Shown here piece after piece: positions 63,158-64,000 of a DNA stretch of 64,000 bases. How positions within the stretch are numbered: position 1 is the first letter of the stretch; the number at the start of each line of letters is the position of its first letter. The stretch comes from Orbicella franksi (lineage: Eukaryota). The stretch lies in the NCBI GenBank assembly GCA_964199315.1, contig OZ116701.1:24490001-24554000 (forward strand), read 5' to 3'. Below the pieces are notes generated by a model. That model saw only the letters and a list, made by a program, of their open reading frames with translations, was not told the origin of the DNA and did not search any database. The position numbers and the translations under genes were made by a program.

Positions 63158-64000
63158 TCGTGGTGTTTCGGTCTACTATTAAGTGTCTTATTAAACTCCG
63201 TTTTACCAGGCAAGTTTGTGTATGTATATGTAAAATTGGTATCAATAGGAAATGTAAAATGCACTGGTCAATAAACAGTCAAATGTTGCTAGCAATTACA
63301 TTTTGTTTTGTCTTTCCAGTCTGTTCCCGTGTGCATACAGTGGTTGTCATGGCTGCTAATTTCTGAGCAAATTTGCATCGCTTGGTCGTGACATTTTTTA
63401 TAGATTTAAAAAAGAAATTGAGACTGGTACCGTTGCAATCAATTGTGTTCTTCACTAGCCTGAAAAAAGAGAAAACCAGAAAATTAATAATACGTGTAAC
63501 AAGTCTTAAACCCACCCCATCACTTCTCCTTCGTTGCGATCACCGTTCGTTGTTCTTGCTTTGTTGTTTTTGTTTTTTTTTCTGACGGTATGGAGGAAAT
63601 TTTACTGTTTACAATTATTATATATGATGTGTCCCAGAGTCCCAGACCCACAGTGTGGAGCAGTGCGGAATGAACTTATTTGAATTAGCATCTTCTGTAT
63701 CCATTTTGTGTCAAAGGTTAAAAAAACGACATATTTACTAAGAGGTAGCCTCCAAATATAATGCAAATTTTAAAACAAGCAAGTTTCTCAGTCAGTGAAA
63801 ACATGCATGTGTGACGAAAGCATGAATTTTTCACATGTCAGTAATGTGCGAAACTTTATGCAAATTCATGGCGTCACAACAACATGATTGTTATCTAACT
63901 TATTCAAGCTACGTGCTGTCTTCTTAAAGATTTCTTCACTCAATATGATTTTCTTCGAAATAAGAGGAATTCACAAGGCAACCACATTAGATTTCGGTGT

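Overview
This is AT-rich animal genomic DNA, most likely a cnidarian/stony coral (inferred from the repeat families and spliceosomal introns; not provable from the window). It is almost entirely nested, mostly decayed mobile DNA, and I recognise no intact conserved host gene. In order: a frameshifted RPA70-like OB-fold gene; a 36-bp minisatellite interrupted by a 3.6-kb IS3EU-type DNA transposon (TATGG..CCATA ends, 6-bp TSD, ~545-bp TIRs); a Penelope-like fragment with a decayed hammerhead ribozyme; Polinton/Maverick remnants split by a Gypsy element; a Crypton tyrosine-recombinase element with a long terminal hairpin; an EnSpm/CACTA transposase; a pogo transposase; a Helitron fragment; and a palindromic tRNA-derived element. 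After these come a 9-kb IS3EU-type transposon, a BEL/Pao element split by a full-length RTE LINE with a 12-bp TSD, a Tc1 fragment and a multi-exon BEN-domain gene. The highlight is the 9-kb IS3EU element (39244-48211, TACGG..CCGTA, TSD ACAATC). It has an open 437-aa DDE transposase and, convergent to it, a spliced ~882-codon gene with SAM-like, UBX-like and HECT E3 ubiquitin-ligase regions, i.e. a self-mobile ubiquitin-ligase cassette. All protein family calls come from motif recognition by eye; no database searches were run.
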